IMG/VR virus record: IMGVR_UViG_3300042558_001779
Location: 1-53,196 of that record
DNA length: 53,196 nt
DNA from: a virus
Lineage: Duplodnaviria > Caudoviricetes
Strand: one strand, 5' to 3'
In this document: one piece after another, positions 15,969-24,097 of the stretch
Layout of the letters: each line of letters opens with the position of its first letter
How positions within the stretch are numbered: the first letter of the stretch is position 1
Notes under the pieces: generated by a model
Databases searched by the model: none
What the model was told of the DNA's origin: nothing
What the model saw: the letters and a program-made list of their open reading frames with translations, nothing else
Made by a program: the position numbers and the translations under genes

Positions 15969-17438
15969 CTATGCCTCACTGCTGACTACTGGCATTTTTT
16001 CTCTATCAAATTCATTAATTTTTTCTTTACCTATGATTTCGGTAAATAAATCTTGAGCGCTTATAGACCTTGCGTATTCAAGACGCAAAATTGAATCTTC
16101 GATTTGTTTTCTTTTAGAAACAGCATTGAAATCATCAAACGCTCCCACATCTCTTTGTGTTTGCATTTGCTCAAAAACAGCAATTAACTCATCTGCCTTT
16201 CTGCGTAATTCATCCGTATTTATTTCTTTTAGTCGCGTTTGTATGTTCCTAAGCGTTTCGAGCGCCTCGTCGTTTGCTACATCTTCAAAATACGCTTGTT
16301 TAAATACTTCAACCATTATATCTGGTCTATACATGTCGTCAAAAAGAGCATCGTTCCTTGCATTTGAATCAAATCCAAGCGAGTTGTCGATGGGCACCAT
16401 GTAACTAACTCCGCCGTCTGTTTCAAGCAAAAAGTTTCCAGTATGCCTATCTCCATTGACCATAATTGAATCAAATAATGCAGTTGTCCATAAAGACTCT
16501 TTGTCAATATTTTCTGGTGTTTTAGTAATAGTGTAAGGTCCAAAATTCCTTTCAACACTATGGATTTTACCAGACCTGCGATTATGCACTAGTTCTGACA
16601 CAAGAGTAACGCCATTGTATTCTGCTGGAACAATACGCATCGGTATTGGTTCAAAACCTAGCGCTTGAGAAAAGTGCTCACCCATTACTTCGTTTAATGG
16701 TTCTGCAATATGAAACGATGGTGCTTCTTTATATTTATAGCCAATCATGTTCCCCGTAATCGTGTCTTCGAGGCGTGTCATTCCATTTACACCACCACCC
16801 GAACCAATGACTTTAAAACGCGGTTTACGACCAAAAAGTCCTATTCTCCCAGAGTTTGAAACAATCGCAGCCATTAGGTATTCATCTGGAATATCAGACA
16901 ATGAACCACCGTCTCCAATATGTTTAATTGCATCAGCAGAGGACTCAATAACTTTTGACTCCCCAGTTTTGGGGTCTTTAATTATTGCGCCAGAAGGAAC
17001 TGGTTTAATTTCAAGACGACCAGCAGCATCAGAAAATCCGACACCAGAATCAACAATTTGTTTTTCATCTTTACTTGATTTAGGTCTCAAAAATCCTCTA
17101 TTGAAACCGCCAGCCAACTTTTTTAACCCATCAGCGGCAGCACGCGCAGCCTCATTTGCTGCTGTTTGTGCGCTTGGAACCATACAGTTAGACATATTTA
17201 TGTCTGTGAACTGATTGGCATTAGGGGTTCCTGCTGGGCATCGCATCTTGCCGTTTTCGTCAACAATAACGCCTGCACGCCGAGCAGAAGTTACACCTAC
17301 AGAAGGAACACTATTGTCTTCCCGCAATGACCGTCCAAGAAAACCTTTTGTGCGGATGCCGTCGCCTACAGACTTAAATGCTGCTGCAGCCTTCACTACC
17401 CTCTGAGTGGGGTCAAATGGTTGTTCGTAGACAGCCAC
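15969..17438 (-). CDS. Protein with RCP..TD..C module and C-terminal HipA/PI3K-PI4K-like kinase
   Basis: MRCPAGTPNANQFTDINMSNC; GSGGGVNG, IGYKY, NEVMGEHFSQALG, DSIMVNGDRHTGNF, IDNSLGF. Confidence 0.85.
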   Translation of the reverse strand: MAVYEQPFDPTQRVVKAAAAFKSVGDGIRTKGFLGRSLREDNSVPSVGVTSARRAGVIVDENGKMRCPAGTPNANQFTDINMSNCMVPSAQTAANEAARAAADGLKKLAGGFNRGFLRPKSSKDEKQIVDSGVGFSDAAGRLEIKPVPSGAIIKDPKTGESKVIESSADAIKHIGDGGSLSDIPDEYLMAAIVSNSGRIGLFGRKPRFKVIGSGGGVNGMTRLEDTITGNMIGYKYKEAPSFHIAEPLNEVMGEHFSQALGFEPIPMRIVPAEYNGVTLVSELVHNRRSGKIHSVERNFGPYTITKTPENIDKESLWTTALFDSIMVNGDRHTGNFLLETDGGVSYMVPIDNSLGFDSNARNDALFDDMYRPDIMVEVFKQAYFEDVANDEALETLRNIQTRLKEINTDELRRKADELIAVFEQMQTQRDVGAFDDFNAVSKRKQIEDSILRLEYARSISAQDLFTEIIGKEKINEFDREKMPVVSSEA

Positions 17439-17456
17439 CAGAAACCTCTGGTGAAC

Positions 17457-17708
17457 TTACTCTGTTGGCTCTGAAGCAGGCTCTTCAGCAGGTGCTTCTT
17501 CAGCAACTACTACTGTCTCTTCGACAACTGGAGCAGGCTCAGACTCAACGACTGGCTCAGACTTCTTCTTAGACTTCTTGTCGGCAGCCTTAGGCTCTTC
17601 AGCCTCAACTACTTCAACGACTTCAGTCTTTGATTGAACTGGCTCAACAGCCTTGTTTTCAACTTGGATAAACCCAGTTGTGCTTGGTTGAACTTTTTTC
17701 GGTGCCAT
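17457..17708 (-). CDS. Small acidic low-complexity protein
   Basis: 83 aa, E/P/V/A-rich, TAATG-coupled to the upstream gene. Confidence 0.7.
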   Translation of the reverse strand: MAPKKVQPSTTGFIQVENKAVEPVQSKTEVVEVVEAEEPKAADKKSKKKSEPVVESEPAPVVEETVVVAEEAPAEEPASEPTE

Positions 17709-19114
17709 TATTGTTCCTCAATTCCTGTCTCAACAGCGAGCATTTCAAATTCCATAAGGTCTGCAAGGAACTTCGTTGCTTCAGCATCGTCGCTCTTCTC
17801 GCCTTCGGTCATGTCCTCTTCAGGCTTGACCATTTCCTCGGATTCCTCTTCGTCGTCTTCCATGTCCTCGGACTTTTCGGACCATTCTTCTGGAATCATG
17901 TCTTCCTTGCCAAGTTCTGCTGCGCGCTTCATGATATGAGCCTTTGCTGCTTCCTTGTCTCCTGCGCGACCGTATGCTTGGATTGCGTTCTTGAGGTCGT
18001 CTTCATCCTTGATTGGGAATGAACCGTCAGGAAGTGCTTCTCCAGCCTCTGCCATTGCGTTGCGAGCCTCTTCGTCATACATGCGCTTGAGGGCGAGGTC
18101 TGCAACTTCTGCATCGATGTCTGCTGCTTCGTCTGCTTCGTACTCATCCCATCCAAGGACTTCTCCGTCCAAGGAAACGAATACATCGTATGACTTGCCA
18201 TCAAGACCGTCAATTTCAACTGCGAAAGCGTCGTAGCCTTCAAACATGTCTGCATCAACGCTGATTACATCGCCTTCAACTGACTTTGTAGCGAGGATTG
18301 CTGCTTCGTTGAACGAGATAACTTTTGTGCCGTTAATTTCTGCAACTTCGCCAATGACGCTTTCGTTGAGAAGGTGCCAGCCCATGCATTCACCAGTTGA
18401 ACCATCAAAGAATGCTTCAATTGGCTTGCCATCTTTGCGCTGAACATCAACAACATAAATGTCTGTTTCATCTGAATAGCCAGAGTCAAGAACTTTTCCT
18501 GAGAACATGTCCTCAGCAACGCCTTCAACTTCAAGAAGTGACGGCATGTCTTGTTCTGCTGCACAACCACCTGGGCATTGTGCGCAAACTGTTGCACCAC
18601 CAGGGAGCATCTTGCGTTCAAACGCGCAAACAAATGCGTCGTCGTCGAAATCTGCTGACTTAACGCCCATTGTGTCCATGCGCTTTGCACGAGCCTTCTT
18701 GCGCTTTGCCATTGGAGATTCGTCCATCAACTCTTCTTCGACACCTTCGACCATGTTGGACATAGGCGAACCGCCCTTGGTGTCCATGTCGTCTACGGTG
18801 ACCCAGCCATCTTCTTCGATGTCTGACTTAACGGAAACTGCTGCTGCGCCGCATTTGCCGCACACCTTGTCTCCGACCTTGTATCCGCATTCTGAGAGTT
18901 CAAGACCCTTTGCGCATGAAATGCTGCCGTCTGCGCTCAACTTGACTGTGGGCTTGTCTGCCATGTCTTCTGTCTCCTTGTATTGCATGGTTGATGAAAT
19001 ACAACCCTTAGGATTGGTACATCCAGAACATGGGTTCATTCGCTTTTCGCCTGAAACCATGCAATGAAATTTTGCTGTTGTTTTTGGTAAACCGTTCTGA
19101 GAAGTATAACTCAT
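17708..19114 (-). CDS. Cys-rich, acidic head protein with two PepSY-like repeats and a DUF6582-like domain
   Basis: CxxC clusters; YVVDV..KDG...FDGSTGE and FAVEI...DGKSYDVFVSLDGEVL; ALPDGSFPIKDEDDLKNAIQAYGRA. Confidence 0.78.
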   Translation of the reverse strand: MSYTSQNGLPKTTAKFHCMVSGEKRMNPCSGCTNPKGCISSTMQYKETEDMADKPTVKLSADGSISCAKGLELSECGYKVGDKVCGKCGAAAVSVKSDIEEDGWVTVDDMDTKGGSPMSNMVEGVEEELMDESPMAKRKKARAKRMDTMGVKSADFDDDAFVCAFERKMLPGGATVCAQCPGGCAAEQDMPSLLEVEGVAEDMFSGKVLDSGYSDETDIYVVDVQRKDGKPIEAFFDGSTGECMGWHLLNESVIGEVAEINGTKVISFNEAAILATKSVEGDVISVDADMFEGYDAFAVEIDGLDGKSYDVFVSLDGEVLGWDEYEADEAADIDAEVADLALKRMYDEEARNAMAEAGEALPDGSFPIKDEDDLKNAIQAYGRAGDKEAAKAHIMKRAAELGKEDMIPEEWSEKSEDMEDDEEESEEMVKPEEDMTEGEKSDDAEATKFLADLMEFEMLAVETGIEEQ

Positions 19115-19129
19115 CTGAGTATGTCCCTC

Positions 19130-21163
19130 TTAGTGGTTTTCCTTGTTGTGCAATTCTTTATACGCGCTTAACGCATTAATCATTGCACTCTTTGCTTCTG
19201 ACGAAACACTACTACCAAAGTAGATTCCTGTCTCGTCAACTTGCGAATCAATTTCGTGGAACTCAAGGATTGGGTCAATGAGTGCTTTCACGCTGAAAAG
19301 CGAGGCAATAGGTGCAGTAATTCTCATTTCACCATTTGACTTAACTTGTACGACTGGTTCTTTTGATGGCGCTGATGCAGCGACAACTTCTTGAAGGATT
19401 TCCATAGCCTGCTGAAGTTTCTGCAGGTTGCGATTGCTAATCATGCGACCAGCCTTCGTCTGCATTTCTTCGTCAATAGACTTACCAAGTTGTGAAAGGA
19501 TTGACATAAGTGCCGAAACTGGCTTTGGCTTATCTTTTCCTCCGCAACCACAACCACAGTCATCCTTGTCTTCCTCGGTGTCCATACCCATTCCGTCACC
19601 CATATTGCGACGGTGAATGACAATCATTCCCTTTTCGTCATCGCCAGCATGTTCCCAGTTATTTTTGTCTTCAACAAACTTGGCAAATTCTGGTTGCTCA
19701 GCAAGGAATGCTTTAAGCATTTCTGCTGCTTTACCTTCAATTTGACCAGGAGTCATGGATGACATATCTTCGTCTTCCATCATGTCCATTCCCTTTTCGG
19801 CACCTGACGGGATGCGACTAAGACGGTCGTTCCACTCGCGGTCATTCCAGATAGAACCGTTAGAAACTCCACGAATCTTGTTGCGGCAGTTCTTCATGCC
19901 AGGATGGTGACATCCTTCGTTAGGCCAAAGACCAGTAGTTTCATGATGCAACCATGCGCAAATACGCTCAAGTGGGTACAACTCTGGGTGGTCAGCAAGA
20001 ATTACTCTGCAACGACGGAATCCGCCTTCGCGCTTCATGATTGGACGCCAGTATTTCAGCAATGCTTCAAGGTTTCCGCGACGAGGACCGCGACCTTGGA
20101 GGACATCTCCAGTGAAGTTTTCCTGAGGAATACCCACAGCCTCGGGTGCTTTTACAGATGGCTCATTGAGAGGAATGTCAACTGACTCGCTTCCGCCACC
20201 CGAGCATGATGCGCACTTGCAAATCTTTGGCTTAACGCCTTCTGGCAGTCCTGGATATTCTTCCATTTCGCGCTGGTATTGACGCATTACGGGATTGCCA
20301 TTTCTTTGAGGCATCTCTTCTTCGTTGTCATCATTTTCGGCATTTAAGTAAACAGTCTCTGGCTTTACCTTTACTGCGCTGCCAAACATGAACTCATCGC
20401 CATCAAAATGGTAGGTGACGCGCAATGTCTGCTTGTTTCCATCTTTGTCCATATGGTCGAAGATGACCATGTTTTTATCTGATGTGCGGAGGCGTACTGC
20501 ACCACCAAAACGCATAGCAAGTGCTTTTGCCAGGTTTGCTTGGCGACCCATTGCTGGATTTGCTGCTGGAACTCCGCCATCTTCGCCGCGTGGACCAGTG
20601 TAATCTGCATCATCATCTTGCTCACGGAGAGATTCATCTGACTTGATTGAAATGGTGCTTGTAAGTTGGTTTGCGCCGTGGAGAACTGGTGAAACTTCGT
20701 AAAGTTCTACTTCACGGAGGAGGTTTGCTTGACGCTGTGAGTCATAGTCGGCATTAAGGGTTTTGTAACCGATTGACCATTCCTGTTCTTCTCCAAAGAA
20801 TGCAACATCAGCAAATGCTTGACGACCACGCTCAGATTTAAGGTTGAACTGAACTCGTGCGTAGAGTCCGCCGATGCCAGCACGCTTCATCTTCATTGGG
20901 AGACGAGGGTCATTTGGTCCAACTTCGTAGATTTCAATGACTTTCCCGATTGGTTCGTTCCAGTTATGCCCCCAAACAACGCGAGGCTTGCGGCGCTTGA
21001 GGCTTTCAGTAAAGCAACCAGGGAGACAGATGTCGCCAACGCTGTCTTTATTTCCAAGACCTGCTACGAAGCACTCAATGATGCCTTCTGCCTCGTCAAT
21101 GTTGACTTGCCCTTGCATCGCTTTGTATTCGGTACCAGACAGTGCGGCATTATCATGAGGCAT
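19130..21163 (-). CDS. HK97-family prohead (maturation) protease with long C-terminal extension
   Basis: GNKDSVGD, VVWGHNWNEPIG, WSIGY, LYEVSPVLHGAN. Confidence 0.93.
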   Translation of the reverse strand: MPHDNAALSGTEYKAMQGQVNIDEAEGIIECFVAGLGNKDSVGDICLPGCFTESLKRRKPRVVWGHNWNEPIGKVIEIYEVGPNDPRLPMKMKRAGIGGLYARVQFNLKSERGRQAFADVAFFGEEQEWSIGYKTLNADYDSQRQANLLREVELYEVSPVLHGANQLTSTISIKSDESLREQDDDADYTGPRGEDGGVPAANPAMGRQANLAKALAMRFGGAVRLRTSDKNMVIFDHMDKDGNKQTLRVTYHFDGDEFMFGSAVKVKPETVYLNAENDDNEEEMPQRNGNPVMRQYQREMEEYPGLPEGVKPKICKCASCSGGGSESVDIPLNEPSVKAPEAVGIPQENFTGDVLQGRGPRRGNLEALLKYWRPIMKREGGFRRCRVILADHPELYPLERICAWLHHETTGLWPNEGCHHPGMKNCRNKIRGVSNGSIWNDREWNDRLSRIPSGAEKGMDMMEDEDMSSMTPGQIEGKAAEMLKAFLAEQPEFAKFVEDKNNWEHAGDDEKGMIVIHRRNMGDGMGMDTEEDKDDCGCGCGGKDKPKPVSALMSILSQLGKSIDEEMQTKAGRMISNRNLQKLQQAMEILQEVVAASAPSKEPVVQVKSNGEMRITAPIASLFSVKALIDPILEFHEIDSQVDETGIYFGSSVSSEAKSAMINALSAYKELHNKENH

Positions 21164-21193
21164 AAAACAACTCCAAAAGCATGTGTTTCTTCA

Positions 21194-21227
21194 ACAATAA
21201 ACCATTGAGGGTTGTGTTTACTGCAAC
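21194..21227 (-). promoter_or_regulatory. Putative late promoter of the protease gene (GTTGC-N23-TATTGT)
   Basis: Same architecture and spacing as the capsid-gene promoter. Confidence 0.45.
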
Positions 21228-21279
21228 AATGAAAACTTTATTGGCCTGCTTTTAGTAAAGTAAGCCAGGTTTACTTAAA

Positions 21280-21600
21280 CTATTTGTAGTGCTTCTCTAG
21301 AATCTTGGTAAGAGATTGCTTGCTTGTAGCACCAATAACCCTGTCGACTTCTTTGCCATTGACATAAACAATCATCGTAGGGATGCTCATAATCTCCATA
21401 GATTCTCCAAGAGAAGTGTTCTTGTCAACATTTACAGCAGCAAAAGAAACTTCACCCGATAAATCAAATGAAATATCCTCAAGAATTGGTGCCATCATCT
21501 TGCATGGTCCACACCATTCAGCCCAAAAGTCAACAACAGCAACGGAGTTGTTGTTGATGAAGTCATCGTAAATGGATTGTGTAAGTTCTGGAAGAGCCAT
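21280..21600 (-). CDS. trxA: Thioredoxin
   Basis: VDFWAEWCGPCK, MSIPT; 106 aa. Confidence 0.95.
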   Translation of the reverse strand: MALPELTQSIYDDFINNNSVAVVDFWAEWCGPCKMMAPILEDISFDLSGEVSFAAVNVDKNTSLGESMEIMSIPTMIVYVNGKEVDRVIGATSKQSLTKILEKHYK

Positions 21601-23798
21601 TAGTCAAACTTCAATCTGCATCGACAGTTAATCGTCAAATTAATAGGAGCAAGCGGGTCGCCAGGGAAACGAAGAGTTGCATCGCTCACTGGGAATCCAT
21701 CTTTAATGTCAACGGTTTTGCCGTGGAGGAGAATATGTTCTCCACGAACTCGTGAATCGCGACGGGTAACCCATGTTTTTGTTGCGCCGCCCATTCTAAT
21801 CCCACCAAAGTATGTTCCAGCGTTATATGAAGTTTGCGACTCTTGCTCTGCAATTGTGCGCTTACGCTTTCCGAGAAGGTTTGCAAAGATTGCCCCAATG
21901 GCAGCCTTCAGCATGCTCAACCTGTCTTCGTCTTCATCAAGAGCCATAGCAATCAGAATTGCTGCAATGATTTCCTCTTTGGTTGTTGTATTTGCCTTTT
22001 GCACACGAGCAATCTGGTCATCTACAACCTTTTCAACTTCTGCTTCTTCAACATCTGGTGGCATACCTGTTCTTTGACCAGCGAGAGCAATAGCATCTGT
22101 TGCAATTGATTTGAGCATCGGGCGAACATCTTCGTCTAATTGCTTTGCCCAAACCTCTGTGTCAAAGATTGCATCAACTTCTAAAGTCTTTGATGCCAGC
22201 GCCTTGCGAGCCTTGGCACCAAAAGCCTTCTCTGTTACAACCCTTTGTTGACGCTCAAAGTATCGCTCAAGGTTACGGTCAAGAATTTCTGTCCATCTAT
22301 CAGAGTCTTGCTCTGCCTTAACATCCCACTCATCATCGGCAACAAAAGCACTCTTGTACTCAATTCCACCAAACTCTGCGCTCAAAGCACCTTCAGGCGT
22401 CGGAGCAACGGTCGTTTCAAGACTTGTTGGTGCTGTTTCTGGCGTTGGAGGAATACCAGCGGCTGCCAACTCCTCTGGTGAAACCTCTGGAGAATTCATC
22501 GGGAGCCCTTGAGGGCCAGCAGGTGCAGCAGCGCCTGCAGCCATATCAACAGGCTGTTGCTCTTCTGGCTTAAACGGCTTCTCTGTATTGGCAATTGGTG
22601 TTTGGTTAGGATTCTGAAGAAGACTGTCTGCAAGTTCAGAGTCAACCTTTTTCTTCCCAGTGCCATCACGATACTCATTGACGCTAATAAGTCCCTGCTG
22701 GAACTCATCCATCAAATAACGCTGACGCTCCTGTTTTGCAACAATAAGAATTGGAACACTGCTTGTATCAAAATCAACATAGTATTTTTCGTCAAGGTCA
22801 TCCAATGCGCGAGCAAGAGAATCAAGGTGAGGAAGCATTGTTTCCATCCAGAAAACACGCAACTCTTCGCCAGCATTAGAAAAAGTACGACCAGCGGCAT
22901 TGCCAATAGCAGACTCTGGAACACCAAAAGCAGAAAGAATTTCTTCCTTAGTGATTTGACGCATTTGCGTATATGCGGCATCTCGTGGAGAAGCCGAAGT
23001 GTCTACGAAGTCAACGCCGTCGTCTGATGAAATGACTGTTGTCGCGCCAGTTCGTGAGAGGTTTCCACGGAAGCGGTTGCGCAATTCGTCCTTGTCGTCA
23101 TCGTCCATCTCTCCACGAACAACAAGAAGACCACCAGGGCGACCATCGTTGAGCAGGTAGTTGCGGTTGTACAACTTTGCCAAGTTTTCAATCTCGATGG
23201 CTACGCCAGCAGATTCCATTGGAGTGATTGAAAGATATGGGTCAAGAGGGTGTGGGCGACGAACCCAAATAACATCCTCTGGCTTGAGGATTACTTTTGT
23301 CCCATTGCGCATATCAACTTCAAAACCTGAAACAAACCTTTTAGGGTCTGGAATTGGCTTGGTGTGCTGTGGTGGCAGAAGATGAAGCCCAATAATACGA
23401 CCATCACGACCGCGCACTTTTTCGATAAATGCACCACGACTGCTCATCAAGAGTTGTGCGGAAAGGCGATAACGGAAAATAAATGAGTTTTCACCAGGGT
23501 TTGACTTTGAGTTCAGGATGTCAAGAAGCGAATCATTCTTGCCAACGATTGCACCCTGAGGAGAGTTGTCCTTCTTCAAGACCATTGGAAGACGGGCTTG
23601 GTTTCCAGCAATTGCGTCAATACAACGGAAGACCCAAGTTACCTTTTGGACGCCTTCACGGTATGCGCGTTCAATATCCCACGCATCGCTATATGGCCTC
23701 CCAGCAAAGGAAGGGTTGAAAGCAACGGGTGCGCCAGCATTAAGCACTGATTTTTCATCAAACCCGTTTAGCGACTTATTGGAACTGTTCCATGCCAT
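21600..23798 (-). CDS. HK97-family portal protein fused to a C-terminal MuF (head morphogenesis) domain
   Basis: Portal motifs VFRCIDAIA, NDGRPGGLL, EILSAFGVP, ISVNEYR; MuF motifs KTWVTRRDSRVRGEH, LRFPGDP, INCRC. Confidence 0.92.
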   Translation of the reverse strand: MAWNSSNKSLNGFDEKSVLNAGAPVAFNPSFAGRPYSDAWDIERAYREGVQKVTWVFRCIDAIAGNQARLPMVLKKDNSPQGAIVGKNDSLLDILNSKSNPGENSFIFRYRLSAQLLMSSRGAFIEKVRGRDGRIIGLHLLPPQHTKPIPDPKRFVSGFEVDMRNGTKVILKPEDVIWVRRPHPLDPYLSITPMESAGVAIEIENLAKLYNRNYLLNDGRPGGLLVVRGEMDDDDKDELRNRFRGNLSRTGATTVISSDDGVDFVDTSASPRDAAYTQMRQITKEEILSAFGVPESAIGNAAGRTFSNAGEELRVFWMETMLPHLDSLARALDDLDEKYYVDFDTSSVPILIVAKQERQRYLMDEFQQGLISVNEYRDGTGKKKVDSELADSLLQNPNQTPIANTEKPFKPEEQQPVDMAAGAAAPAGPQGLPMNSPEVSPEELAAAGIPPTPETAPTSLETTVAPTPEGALSAEFGGIEYKSAFVADDEWDVKAEQDSDRWTEILDRNLERYFERQQRVVTEKAFGAKARKALASKTLEVDAIFDTEVWAKQLDEDVRPMLKSIATDAIALAGQRTGMPPDVEEAEVEKVVDDQIARVQKANTTTKEEIIAAILIAMALDEDEDRLSMLKAAIGAIFANLLGKRKRTIAEQESQTSYNAGTYFGGIRMGGATKTWVTRRDSRVRGEHILLHGKTVDIKDGFPVSDATLRFPGDPLAPINLTINCRCRLKFD

Positions 23799-23801
23799 GT
23801 G

Positions 23802-24032
23802 TTATTCGTTTCCTAACAAGTAGCCGTAGATGCCTGAGCAAACACCAGCAGTGATGAGACCGTATTGGGGCGCGATTATCCACGCACCGATAGTATTAAA
23901 TAATACAAAAAGAACCATGAATAGATGTGCAGCATTTGCTCTATTCGTAATCTTTCTGAGTTTTATTGCTACCGAGGCTGCTTTAATCTTCGTGCGTTTA
24001 AGTTTTGTTGGTAGGAATTTTTTGAATGCCAT
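23802..24032 (-). CDS. Small two-helix membrane protein preceding the portal
   Basis: Basic N-terminus plus two hydrophobic segments. Confidence 0.7.
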   Translation of the reverse strand: MAFKKFLPTKLKRTKIKAASVAIKLRKITNRANAAHLFMVLFVLFNTIGAWIIAPQYGLITAGVCSGIYGYLLGNE

Positions 24033-24041
24033 GCAGTTCAT

Positions 24042-24075
24042 ACCTTAGCGCAGTCAAACTCCATAGTACAGTAAA
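24042..24075 (-). promoter_or_regulatory. Putative promoter of the head operon in the divergent gap (TTTAC-N23-TAAGGT)
   Basis: Short divergent intergenic region; spacing matches the other head promoters. Confidence 0.4.
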
Positions 24076-24097
24076 AAGCGATAGGAGTTTGCTTTAT

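Noticed and set aside
10447-17438. Ordinary bacterial hipBA toxin-antitoxin loci
   Set aside because: No HTH antitoxin seen; the kinase domains are C-terminal parts of large tagged proteins inside a head operon.
21230-21279. Imperfect hairpin between trxA and the protease gene as a terminator or ncRNA
   Set aside because: Weak, bulged stem with no U-tract on the coding strand.
815-23823. Numerous 60-200 aa overlapping or antisense ORFs in the six-frame track (e.g. 9117-9710, 12263-12856, 18507-19067)
   Set aside because: Shadows of long genes on another strand or frame; they contain no recognisable motifs.
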